In this document: piece after piece, positions 1 through 11,900 of the stretch
Numbering within the stretch: position 1 is the stretch's first letter
Layout of the letters: the number at the start of each line of letters is the position of its first letter
Assembly (NCBI GenBank): GCA_051294375.1
Contig: CM119267.1
Location: 15,602,105 to 15,666,104 of the forward strand
DNA: 64,000 nt
Direction: 5' to 3'
DNA from: Paraspadella gotoi
Taxonomy: Eukaryota > Animalia > Chaetognatha
Position numbers and translations under genes: made by a program
The notes under the pieces: model-generated
The model's input: the letters and a program-made list of their open reading frames with translations, nothing else
What the model was told of the DNA's origin: nothing
The model's database searches: none

Positions 1-483
1 ATATTGACTCGTATGCGGAGGGGCCGAGATAGGAACGACACGGCTTTGGCTCCGTGGAATGTACAAAGACTGGTCTCTAACAGTGTTGTACTCCTTGGAA
101 GAAGCCAAACGTTTACGGAAATCGGGGTCTCGACCACATCTGTCCCATTGGATTAAATGGTCCGAGTAGTGAGGCTGGGACCCTTGACGGTACGACTGAG
201 GATCATGCCTGGAGGGTTCTTGGCGGTATGGTGGGGCTTTGGAACGGTGGGTCAGTGAAGACTCTCGACGAAGATGAGAATCTGAACGGTAAGAGCTAGC
301 CTCTGGACGGTACGCCTGAGGCGAATGGTAGGAACGTGGGTCCGACTGGTAGTTTCTGGGCGAACGCTGTCTGTGTATGGAGGTGCGATCTTCGTAGTGA
401 CCGCGCTTCGACGAAGCACGATGATCGTACGGCGGAAAACGCATCGGATCTTCCGACCGGGAATCAAAATGAGAACGTTTCAT
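1..483 (-). CDS. 5' part of an uncharacterised Arg/Ser/His/Tyr-rich low-complexity protein; open to the window edge
   Basis: Manual translation from ATG at 483 gives 161 codons with no stop (MKRSHFDSRSEDPMRFPPYDHRASSKRGHYEDR...PPHTSQY). AAAAATG start context; pyrimidine tract + AG at 509-510. Absent from the ORF track because it has no stop in the window. Confidence 0.7.
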   Translation of the reverse strand, partial: MKRSHFDSRSEDPMRFPPYDHRASSKRGHYEDRTSIHRQRSPRNYQSDPRSYHSPQAYRPEASSYRSDSHLRRESSLTHRSKAPPYRQEPSRHDPQSYRQGSQPHYSDHLIQWDRCGRDPDFRKRLASSKEYNTVRDQSLYIPRSQSRVVPISAPPHTSQY

Positions 484-627
484 TTTTTATGCCAGTCACC
501 AATATATACTAACAAAATAGAAAAAATTTGGAGAAATATAAAACATTAATCTTTGTATGTATTTAACATTAGTGACTAGATGATCAAAAAAAATAAACGT
601 TGAAAAACCCGAAAAGCGCTAAGAAAA

Positions 628-2726
628 TTAATTCTTCCACTTTATGTTGGGGTTTTTCAGCAGCAGATCTGCATGGATCGCGTTCTCCGGTTTCAGTTTT
701 CTCGCGTAGTCAATGAGGCCGAGCCTGTCCCGTTCCGTGGCGAAGGCGTCGACGGCGGCTAAATGACACCCGATTTTTATCGCCGTCGCCAATCGATCAC
801 CAACGTCATTAACTTCTAACAGGTAGGAGGCAACCATTCGTGACTCGGCACCCTTCAAAGAATATTATCTGGGTATTGATTATTTGATTACAAGGTAAAA
901 ACTAACTTTCTCATTCTAACCTGCTTCGACAAAATGGAGGCAACCGTTTTAAAATCCAAATCGACCTTGCGTTTCTCCTTGCCGAAAAAAGACTTTGTCT
1001 TAAGTAGTTTGTCCACTTCCGTCCAGCGCTTTAGCCGTGCGTGCGCTCGCAGCGCTACCCAAGCGTGTTGTTTCTGAGAGAGGCCGAAAGTCTTCCGCAG
1101 GAACTCAGGGCTGCCGAAGCAGCTGACCGGCTCTCCGTAATGGTAAGTGACGCAGTAGTTGAGTGACGTGAGCAGTGGGAGATCGATGAGGCTTGATGGT
1201 CGGGGAATGCGGGCAAATATTTCCAATTCTGGTGGAAGATTAGGTTCGGGTAAAGGCGGCGAAGATTGTTGCTCAGCCCGGAGTCGCAGCAACGTCTCTT
1301 TGGCCTTGGCGGCGACCTCCGCGTCTGACTGATCGATCGGCTGTTGAACTTCGAGGAGCTGGATTTGTTGCTGAATCAAAGCGGCGTCTTTGGCGAGGAA
1401 GGGGTCGGAAAGATAATGTGCTTGGAGGCAAGACTTTAGAGCACGGACTTTTTGTTGAGGATTCTTCATTTTCGTTGCTTGACCGAACTTTAAGATGGCA
1501 GCTTCCTCGTTGAAGCCGAACATACCGAGGGTCTCGATCAAATCGGATGTTCGAGAAGTTTGCCTCAAGTACTGTCAATAAATAAAAATAAACGTTCTCA
1601 ATTGGGCATTCCCAATAATTTTCTCATTTTCTCTTCGTACCTGCAAATAATGATCTCTCGCCGCGGGACGGGATTGAATCTCGGCCAAAAACAAATTGGT
1701 TTTGACAGTTTTATGAAAGAAAACGACGGCGGCGGTAAGAGCGTCCCCGTCGCCGCAATCGACGGCGGCGTCCAGCAAGGCCAGTTTTTCGTTCAAAGAT
1801 TTGTAGGTCTCAAGGGTATAGACCTGGAATAAGGAATTTGAAAATACGTACTACAGTAAAAAAAAAAAAATCAACAATCTTGCCTGCCCAGTTAACATGC
1901 GCTTGACCGTTTCCTCGACTGGAAGAGACGTCCAACGCGAAGATTCAGCCGCCGCCAATTTGCGTTTGTAAGAATTGAGATCCGACTTTTAAAAAAAATT
2001 AAAGGAGGGAAAAATCAAATTTCACGGAAATGTTATCTGTCGAATTCATTGCCATTTGGTTACCTACCTGCAACTTGGCTCGTTCGGTGGCGTCTCCCAG
2101 CTTTGATTTTGATATATTTTTGGTAGGCTTATCTATAAAGTCTTCCGGTTCTTCCTCCTTTAGTATGGCGCCGGCCAAAGTTTTGGCCAGTTCTTTCATC
2201 TCCTTTTCCTCCTCATATTTTCCTGATCGCCCCAACGAAGAAGTCTTACTGAGAAAAAAAAAAAGGGATTAATTTTCATCGTTTTCGCATGTTTAAAACG
2301 AGATAAACTTGTCTTACTGTTCTGGTTTCTTCTTTTTCTGTTTATCCGAAATCGGATAGCGGTACCGGGCACTCTGCGCGCTTAAAGCGCTCGAAGATAC
2401 CAATTCTCCCGACCAATTTACGACCTCTAAAAAAAATTGTGGTTTGAAAACTAAAAAATAATTCAAAGCATTTTTTTCCTACCGACATCATCATTATCCC
2501 CTTCCGGACCAACGGCGTCGTCTTCTTCGAACAAGTTTTTCCATTTGTTCGAACTAAACCAGAATTCGTCAGTTTCGTCATCGTCGTCGAACAACGGCTT
2601 TTTCATTTCCGGAAATAAAACAATCGGCTCTTCATCGCCAAATAACCGCTTTTCCATTTCCGGAGATAAAATCACCTCTTCGTCTTCGTCATCGAAAAGC
2701 TGATTGCGTCTATCCGCAAATGACAT
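628..2726 (-). CDS. VIPAS39: VPS33B-interacting protein / SPE-39 (VIPAS39, VPS16B), 7 exons
   Basis: Spliced product matches recalled VIPAS39 motifs: YTLETYKSLNEKLALLDAAV..DGDALTAAVVF, PRPSSLIDLPLLTSLNYCVTYHY, FGSPEFLRKTF, and C-terminal IKWKN*. Intron 1824-1883 is GC-AG; the others are GT-AG. Confidence 0.92.
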
Positions 2727-2930
2727 TTTCACTGCAAGTGAACGCTTGATTAAGAGAAAAAAATCTGAAAAATTAAAATTTGGGAATAATACTAATCGTC
2801 GCACATCATCGGAAGTCATCGTACTCGGAACCCGGAATGCGATAATAGGAATATTTCTGGATTCTTAGAGTAGAGAGGATATAAGTTTTAAACTGACTAG
2901 AGTAGGCACTGAGAAGCAATTCACTGAATT

Positions 2931-5900
2931 TTACAGCCGCCTGATCACATTGTTAACGTCCTCAGATCGAAAGTCAGCCCTGAGACCCATTACAACCTTA
3001 ATTTCATGCTTGGACCACCAGCCCCAGGATCCCAAAGCAGCTCCGCCACCTCCCCCCACAATTCCTCGATCTCCGAAGGGATCTCAAGATTGAGGATAGA
3101 CGCCATCTGAGTTAATTTTGTAAACTTGTCCCTGATAGTCCAGCTGGTCGTCGACGAAAGGTATGCCATAAGGCTGCGTAGTTCCTTTCAAATTGAAGGC
3201 CGCCCAGTCGATTGAAGGTCGATTTGGCTATAGCCTTCTCTAAGCGCGCCACGATTTCCGCCGTCAACTGGGCCACCAGCCCGTCGTAGTTGTTGGCTGT
3301 GAGGGCGTCTTTGAAACTAGTCAATAGAGAGTCGAGGCAGACGATAAGCGCCTGCACCCAAGGGTCGTTTGCTTCGTAATTTGCAAACTCTTCTTCGGAA
3401 ATGTCGTGACTGATGGCGGCGAAGTTGTCGACAAAGGGTTTGATTCGAGGTTTGAGCACATTGGCGCGAAGTTGGGCAAGACCTAGGTCAATCAGTTCCT
3501 GGAATCTTTTGGAGACGAGGACAAGATCGGAGATGCCCGATTCGACTTTGGCCAGAGATTGAGGACGCCAGTCACGCGATGAAGCTGTTCGGCGACACTC
3601 GTCCTCGAACGTCTTGCAAAGCGTCTGTACGTATTCCGAGGAGACTTCCGCGTTGTTCAACGAACTGAGGAACAATGCTTTGTCCCTTTCCGAATCCTTG
3701 GCGCTTTGAATTTTGCCCTACGGTGATCGCAAAAACATGAAGATTAGATTAACTCATTAAGTGTTTTTTTTAAACCGCTGAAGCAACTTTTTTACCTGTT
3801 GAAAAGACGACTGCATCAAGCTGTACGCTTGGTTGAAGTCGAGACTTCCCCAGGCCGCGAAACCGGCAGCGTTACTCAATCGGGTCTTTAAGATATCGTG
3901 ATACTCGGAATCGAGAATGGCACTGGTGTGGTTCAACATGGCGCAAGTAACATCCGCGGATCCCGAGGAGAGGGCGCGTCGAAGACATTTTTTGATAATA
4001 AAGAAAACGTCATCGACCTGACAGGTAAAAAAAGTTGTAAAGTTAAAACAAAATAAAAAAATTAAATCCCAAACTTTAAAACGCACCATAGAAGAAGTAG
4101 CTTGTCCGTGCTCTTCATCAATGCTATCAAGAGATTCGGCTTTGGCCACTGAAATACGCATGAAATATTCTTCCATGAGTACATAATGTCCCATTACCTA
4201 AAATAAAAACATTCATAAAAACAATTCGAAAACATTCTTTTTTTAATTAATTAACAGTAATACAACCTAAAATCATTAAAACTATAATGACCCAAGTTAC
4301 CCAACCCTCTATTATTTGAAACAACCTCCTGCATGGTCCGACATAATTCGCTGTTGGAGATTATATCATCCTTGAGAGAGGCCAACTGCCGATCTTGCTC
4401 GTCATCCTCAAAGGATTCTACGTCGGACTGGAGGCGGACTTGAAGAAACCTCCAATACACTTCCGTTCGCGTGTTCAGTAAGATCACTTCACTGAGGAGC
4501 AGATCCAGTTCCTTCGGATCGATACCGTTTTCTAAAAATGTATTTAAAATTATTTACAATGAAACGCCGTTTTTTCGTACCTAGAATCGGTTCCGCACAA
4601 ACTGTGTACTCAATCAAATTTGATAAAATTTGGCATGAAGGTAGACACTGGCTATACAAATGGAACTATCGAGGGGATTTTTGATATTCAACCCCAGAGA
4701 GGAGATACAGGGCCCCGGGATTGTAGCCCTCGGGGACGAAAAAAGCCAAATTTTTTTTTTTAATTTACACGAATTGATAATTAATAAAAAAACATTTTAT
4801 ACATGTAAAATTGATATTTTTGTTAATTTGACGTTTTTTGAAGATGCATGGTTCATCATTTTACTTCAAATTTTCTCATTGTTTATTCCAAATCTAGCTA
4901 TGAACCGCTGATGTTCTATGGACATAAAAATTAAGGTTAACTAAGTTTGTTGGTGACCGATGATGGAAAGAAAAATTGTCGCGGTTAAAAAGTATTTCAA
5001 CATGAATTAATTTATTCAATAAGAAATATACAAAATATAAATAAACATTTTGCATTATTTGGTATGTAAGAGATAACATTGCTTAGAAATAAACTAAATG
5101 AGATTGAGATTTCAATCATCTCATTTGCATATAGTAGTAAATCATTTTAAGTCCAATTGATTTTTGTACTGTAATATTTTAGGCAATATATTTGGATTTT
5201 GATATTACTTTTCTAAATATTGTTTATAGTTTATATTTGGATTCAGTGGATATTTTGTCATGAATTTGATAGATATAGTTATGGTCATTAATGATTGAGA
5301 GTTTATCTCTGTCGCTGGGACGCGTTTTCATAACACATAAATTACTGTTATTATTCAAGAGGTGAAAATGCAATGGTCAGCTTGGATCAAGGGAAGTACT
5401 CTCATGTTAGTAGTCGCACGATACTCTGAAGTCCTTGCTCAATGTATTTAAGTGTTGAATAGTTGTATTAAATAAACATAATAGTTATAATAATAAAAGA
5501 TAAATTAATGTTTCTATTTGTATTTAAGTTATTTAGCTAATTGTAATAAAATCTCAGGTAAACTAGAAGAGGCAGCGCGGCACTAGATCACTGAAGATAT
5601 AAGTAACAAATAATATTTAATTCATAGCCTGAGTCCCAACTCCTATAGTGGTTGGCATCGGGTTGTGGAAAGATAACGATCCTCAGGGAAGCCCGCGCAT
5701 TATATTTAATATTTTAGCTCTAAAAATATAAATATTTTATATTATTTTTTATTCTATTTGCGGCGGCAACACTATCAGAGTCTCATCTTGTTGACAATGC
5801 CATTTCATACCGTTCTCGCCGGTTTATGACAGCAAAGTTCCATGGAGAAATGGGAGAGGCTTGAGTTTTTGCAAAGCTTCAACTCAACTGAAGTGTCAAT

Positions 5901-8900
5901 TCTATTTCATCATTGAGGTAAACTTTGTCATTTCGTGCTGTTCTCATACAGCCATTGACAGCAAATTCTCTTGGGAGAAGGTAGTGGGCAGCCTGGTTTT
6001 TGCAGCTTCATACCACAAAATGGAGTGTCAAATAACTTTGTACAGCAATTCTTTTTTTCAAGTTCTCTATTCATTCCAGACCCAGGCAGCATAGACTGTT
6101 TCAGGCCCAAAAACTAAGATCAGCTTTTGCGGCTCAACAAGCTTTTAATTATACCTGGCATTTGGGTTTGAGAAACACATCGTCATTTAGGAATTCTAAC
6201 AGGATCTCCTTTCCGGTGTCAGGGGACACCAAAACTTCCACAATGGCCAACCCACTTCAACAATACGTCACACCCGCCGGTGTCCTACTCTGCGTCTCTC
6301 ACACCTCTAATCTCGCTACAAAAAGCTCGTCAAAACTGCTTCAAGACTTCATTTCTACAAAATTCGTCGGTGGGTCCCTGTTCACTTCCTGTGCTGAACT
6401 CTGTGGGGGAAGATCAGAGGTCAAAAAAAAACTTATGAGAATTCATACCACTGCTTTTGTGTCTTCTTTTCTGCTGAAATTTATTATTTATTTACAAGTC
6501 AATGACTAAGGCTAACTTATTCTGTTACACTTGCAATGTATTTGCTTAAATTCACAACATTTGTATTTTCCTCAGATTCCGAGTCCTTTTGATCCAAGCT
6601 CAAATAAAAACTTTGTGGGACATAAGCGCCTGTCCAACCTCTTGACTTCCTTCACACCTCTCAACCTATCTTGGTGCTCTTCTGGTACTCACCTTGTCAA
6701 GCTTCTTTGCAAGGCGATCGCCCACATGGTTTTGAAGCTACATCCCCCAAGTGGAACTGTACGCAAGTTGCTGCCATCCGATCCCAAGGGCGCATCAATT
6801 CATAAACTGCTGAGTACTCAAATGTGTTTGCAGATCTAACTCTTTGGATTGCGTGGACTTTTGGCGCCGCTTCTTATAGTAGAAATAAATAACATCTTAA
6901 GCCACATTAATATTGGCCATTTTGGACACAATTGCAAAATTTACTTTAAATGTAACTCTTTAAACAGCCTATATTTGGCACATGTTCAGCGTCTCCAATC
7001 AAGCCCACATCTCATTAATTACTGATTTTTTATATTTTCTCATCGATATACTTCATTACATCTTAGCATACCACCAGCCCCTTTTTCAAATCCGTTCCTA
7101 ATCTCAAAATTTTTCTATTTTCAACTTATTCATGTCGCTTTCAACTAGTTTCCACCAGACGTTACTTCAAGCAATCACTCCATGCTAATTTCAATTTTAA
7201 TCACCGCATGTTCATATTTCAAGATTCTTCCATTCCATTCCATTTCACCTGCGTTTTGGCATTCAAATTTCAATTGTATTTCTCAGTCAATAAGTGGAAA
7301 TAGTCGTCTGGAATATCTTTACCAGCTGGCAAATAATAGACAATCTACCATGAATACAGCAAATCCTTTATAACATAGAGCTCTCTGAAGTCAAGACGAT
7401 TGCCCACAGGAAAGCACTTCTTTCACCTACAGCTCAATGAGAGTTTGCGTGCAATCAACTCCAAACAAGTAAGTCAAATTTTGACAACATCTATATTTTA
7501 TTATAAATTTAGTTATGGTTAATCATTATTTTTTTTTTTGCCTGTCCTTTATGGGACCTTATGGGTAGCGTAATTATAGGTTTATGATAATTGTTATTTT
7601 TTTTCTGCCCGCCTTTTTGGCAACTAATTGTTGCTCCGTGAAGTGGGGTTCTTATTTGGGCGATAGCCGTACTGGCGACCTGAGGTGCTGCACCGATCAC
7701 TGGGCATAAACCTTTTGTGCTTGCTGATGTTCGCTATTTATCACATAATTAACCGTTTGATTCCATTTTCTTACTCGCAATCGATCATGAATCCATTGGA
7801 ATAAATAAATATAGAAACCTTTCTGCTTATGGGCGAGAACAGCTAAGATAAGAAACTTGTTTGTCAAATATACTCCGAAGCTGTAGTTGTGGCGCACTTC
7901 CAGATGAAGCTACCAATGAAATTATAACAAATGCTTATCTCAAATACGGCTTCCAACGAAACTGGAAGATTTGGCTTTAAAATCTATGAAAGCTCTGAAA
8001 ACAGAAACATATTGGCCTGCCTATAAAGATTGAGCTCAAACAAAAACTTTCAGACCCCTGCAAAAGAACAAAGATTTCAAAGACAATATGGGAATTCTTT
8101 AAATGGGATTCAAGAGATCACTGTTACATGTCTTTGAAAACCAGTCATGCACAAAACTCAAGATCTTCATCCGCTTGTAGCTCAATCAATGAACTCTTCA
8201 ACCAGGCAAATTCACAAAGATTCATTGGCTGGTTCTTCCACCTCTTATATCTAAAGCTTTGTTGATGCAGGAATACCCCCAAGACTTATGATATAACAAA
8301 AAGCGCGTGAACGAGCTGAAAAGTTCAAACTATTACTCAATAAAGATGATAAATCCAATGCTGACAGCAACCTGCTGGATTAAACAACAAGTAACGGCCT
8401 CCACTGCATGGAGCAATGGCAGAACCCAATGGTTGAACTCTTGCCTGTAAAATTTCTCAAGTTGACCATGACTCACAAACAGATGATAGAACTCAGCAAG
8501 AAACCAATGAAACATAAAAGAAATGCTGGAAAGAACAATGAAGATGGAAAGAGAAAGGGAAGAAGAAATTATCACTGTTCAGCAATCTGGAAGATCAAAT
8601 TACGAACACATAGATAAATCACAAATCAACGATTTTATGATTATAAACCCCAAAGATGAACGTTTCAAACATGATCACTCTCAAGATCAGCCCTTGGAAT
8701 ATGATAAAGCTATCAAAAGCCGGCAGGAAGGATATCACGATATGATGACAGCGCTGTGCAAAAGATTCTATTTTGAATACCAAAAAGGCCGTACTATCCT
8801 CAACAAGACTCTTTTAACTTACAGATTTCCACACAAAGATGAATACAGAAAGAAGACACTATTATGGATGAAGTCTTGATTCAGATGAATAAAACATAAA

Positions 8901-11900
8901 ATGGCTGTCAAATATCGAGGACGTTATCATTCCCATAGTGCCGCAGGGAATTATTTTATCTTTCTCACCTTTTTATATATATTATTATATATTTAGAAAT
9001 ATTTATTTATGTATTTATTATATATCTTTATATGTGTAATATTGGAGTTTAGTCTCAAGATGAATATATTTGCCTTGGTGTTTGTGGTCAGCATACTTAA
9101 TCTTATTTTGAACGCCTGTGAATAATTTGGAGTTTGTCTCATGAATATCCTTTATTTGCCTTGGTGTTTGTGTTCAGCATACACTCTTATTGTGGACGGC
9201 GAGTGAACATAATTGGGAAAAGCTATTTATATTATTTGCTTCTGGACGAATTTTCCATTGATGTACCAAGATCGTTATGTCAACAACTGATCATCCTACT
9301 TCCATATCTAACTCAATCTGCATAACGAATGGAGGTACGATCCACAGTTTTAGGTAACTACTTTTGCAACATTTTGTAGAATTTTATAATAGACTTTTGA
9401 ATAACTTTTTACGCAATATCTTAGTCTCTGATTTTGCGAACCATGAATGGGGTAATTTGGGCAAAAAGAGGACGTTTTGTTTTTTTGAATGGTTGTGAAC
9501 GCAATGTAGAGATACATTCTTAGAATAATACTAATGAAGATTGAGATTTCTCAATCTCATTTGCATATAGTAGTAAGTCATTTTAAAGTGCCAATTGATT
9601 TTTTGTACTGTAAGATATTTTTTAGCATATATTTGGATTTTATATTTACTTTTCTAATTTGTTTAGTAGTTTAATTGATTTCATGGATAATTTTTGTCAA
9701 ATGATTTTGATAGATTAGTTATGTCATTAATGATTGAGGTTTATCTCTGTCTGGCTGACCTTTTTCATAAGACATAATAGCTTTATAATTCAATGAGGTG
9801 AAATCAATTGGTCAGGCTTGGATCAAGGGAATGTACTCTCATGGTTAGAGTCCATCATGCTTCTGAAGTCTTGCTCAATGTTTAAAGGTGTGAATTAGTT
9901 GTATTAAAAATAAACCAATAATTAAAAAATAAATAATAAAAGGATTAAATTGATTGGGGGGTTCTTTCTAATTTTGTGTATTTAGTTATTTAGGGCTATG
10001 TAAATAAATCTCAGGTAACTAGAAAAGGCAGCGCGAGGCACTATCACTGAAAGATATAAGTAACAAATAATATTTTAATTCAATAACCTGAGTCCCACTC
10101 ATATAGGTATACCCTTTGTCGGCATCGACTACTGCTTGCATTAGTCTGGGTATGCTCTTATACGGCAAATTGAGGCATGACAGCGAAATGTTTTTCAACA
10201 TCTTACGCAATTTTTTTAAGTCTAATGTTAATATATGCGCATCTTTCCTCTTTTTGGAGAGCTATAATAACACTTTTTTGAACCTGAAAAAGGTGCAAGG
10301 CGTTTAGCATTGCCATTAAAAAAAATTAAATACAATTTTTTTCACTATTTTTTATTTAAAGTAACAATATTTTTTTGACTGTAACTGTCAAGAAAAAACT
10401 ACTGAAAAAAATTCAATGTAAATTTAGAAAATATTCTGATTTTTTTTAAATCAAATAAGTTTTTGAATAAATATCTGTTATAAAAATGTGATTTACTTTT
10501 TTTCTAGATAGTATTTGAAAAATTCAAAAATATTTTTGAGCATTTTTCTCCCTTGTGGGTGACCCCCCTGGGGGCCCATATCTCGGCTCAGGGGTCAAAT
10601 ATTAAAATTCGCTTCGACAGTTCTATTTGCATTCCCCTAATGATCATATATACAAAATTTAAACATACAGATCTGCTCAAAAAAAGTTTAAACTTTGAAC
10701 CCCCTACTATCTCGCTTGTCTGTCGTACTATTAATTAAAAATAGGGTTCATTTGAAAGCCAAGACAAATATCTTTCATCCGAGCCCATGACGAGGTTTTT
10801 AGGCTAAATATTATAGAAGCTGTGCTAAAATTAAAAAAAGGATCCAAATTTTGTCTTAAAATTTTTTTTATCCATCTTTGTTTTTTGTTTTTTTGTGTTT
10901 TTTTACCATGGAAACTTCAAAACAGCTGATCCCCAAAAGAAAAGCTGCAATAGTTGAGCTTTGGAAGGGGGTTTGTCAAGATATAAGATCGCCAGAGTTT
11001 TATTTCCCTCTAACAACCATCTGCAGAGTTGTTAACAAATTTGAAGCAACTGGACACTTAGGACGAGCTGTTGGAAGCAGGCGGCCTCGCATGTCCACGG
11101 AGAGTGAGAATGATAACGTGGATAGTCTCGCAATTCAAGATTGTAAGGCTTCTGCAAGCCAGTTGAGAAAAAAATGGAGATAAGAGGAAGTGTTGCCAGT
11201 CGTTCAATAGTGAATGGGCGGGTTTTCATCGAGGATTGAGCTCTTAGATACAAAACTAAAACCACTCAAAAATGTCATGAGGAAAATGGGATCGAGGTGC
11301 TCAAAGTTGGCCCAGAAACTTACCTGACTGCAACTTCATCGAAAATGATTGGTCAAGGATGAAATGGGATATTTTGCAGTATAACGCCATGACAATCAAC
11401 AAAATCTAAAAAATTTTAAAATGAATTTGGGGAGTTGAACCCTTCATATTTGTGCAGCCCCTAAAACTCTCTCCCTCATTGCAGGGAGGTGGTGTAGAGA
11501 TATGTCCCCCTTTTTCCCCCATTTATTTGTTTGCCTTTTGTTATTACCGTTTCTGCCGATAGATGCCTCTTTTCTTTTCTTTAGGAGATTACACTCCTCT
11601 TTTCTTTTCTTACCAGATATACTAGGCCCATGTAGATTCTTAGGACTTTTCCGCCCGTCACCAAACTGCCTTTTTCGAGGCTACTAGGACGCCCTCATGT
11701 CACCATCCGTCACCTTTGATCACGGCCATAGAGCCCACGACGAGACCACACTCCAAGAGACTTGTGGACGCACTTGTGGTCAGACTTTAGGCTCCGTCAC
11801 AGACTCGTGGACGGACTCGTGGCCCATTACATTCGGCCACACGTGGGTGACGATAGCCTCGCCGATTACTCCTTCTTCACGGCGAGCCGACGTTTTCGGC

